Assembly: GCA_004022145.1 (NCBI GenBank)
Contig: RCNU01000001.1
DNA from: Paecilomyces variotii
Taxonomy: Eukaryota
Reading direction: 5' to 3' (one strand)
Length of the DNA: 64,000 bases
Shown here: positions 63,610 to 64,000 of the stretch, one piece after another
Position numbering within the stretch: the stretch's first letter is position 1
How the letters are laid out: each line of letters begins with the position of its first letter
Translations under genes and position numbers: made by a program
Notes under the pieces: model-generated
The model's input: only the letters and a program-made list of their open reading frames with translations
What the model was told of the DNA's origin: nothing
Database searches by the model: none

Positions 63610-64000
63610 ATGCCAGTACAAGGGATTCGAACAGTGGCTAAGGCCAGGGTATGGTTTTGTCTTATTTCTGCAATTGCTTCTATGTCATTTTCGTTCCCAA
63701 GCTGACAGGAACTTTTTTCCTTCCAGAACGGCGTTGGCGCCTTCATCCTACAATGCAAACGCCTCGACTTCCACTACTGCGACTGGGCTGGTAGCTCAAG
63801 AGGGATGCTGTATGTTCTCTATGCTTACTATCTTGTGACGATTTCTCACGCTCTGCGTGTTCTAGGGCCTTCCTCAAGCACTCCCTCCCCTCCTTTGCAA
63901 AGGCCAACCCCCAGATCGAGATCCGAGTCTCCCCACGACCGCACAAACACCCCGTCATCAAGGGCCACTACATCAACGGCAGAGAGAAGGCCATCTGCGT
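63610..64000 (+). CDS. MRPL51: Mitoribosomal protein mL43/MRPL51 (runs off the window)
   Basis: MPVQGIRTVAKAR|NGVGAFILQCKRLDFHYCDWAGSSRGM|..FAKANPQIEI.VSPRPHKHPVIKGHYINGREKAIC. Two introns. Missed by the ORF track. Confidence 0.93.

Overview
Filamentous ascomycete (Eurotiales-like) chromosome segment. Positions 1-~10,120 are an extremely AT-rich, RIP-degraded block with no ORFs, but it can still be read. It holds a complete 8.9-kb hAT-superfamily transposon (726-9632) with 13-bp imperfect TIRs, a perfect 8-bp TSD (AAATAATT) and AAACCGAAC subterminal repeats, inserted into an older RIP relic. On the minus strand the element carries a RIP-killed hAT transposase and a second, intron-rich gene. 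After reversing RIP changes, the second gene's motifs (NRxIDxxHVxxL..F, LQAGQHRxAAL, W.IDLY, NTDGE) resemble the ParB-like N-terminus of fungal DUF3723-type proteins. About 20 copies of a 16-bp palindrome, TCTAACTTAAGTTAGA, are spread through the element, nearly all in introns or intergenic gaps, which suggests a ParB/parS-like protein plus binding-site module in a eukaryotic DNA transposon (hypothesis). The rest is mostly conserved housekeeping genes: UVRAG/VPS38, MHR1, PTC1, VPS2, FZO1, DPB11, PIF1, EDC3, PPIL2 cyclophilin, a HOL1-like MFS transporter, TPI1, MDM10, MRT4, U1-70K and MRPL51. A small accessory island (~23-30 kb) holds a duplicated orphan gene pair, a deleted Tc1/mariner element and an F-box gene. 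There is also an orphan protein kinase. All calls are by eye; no database searches were run.
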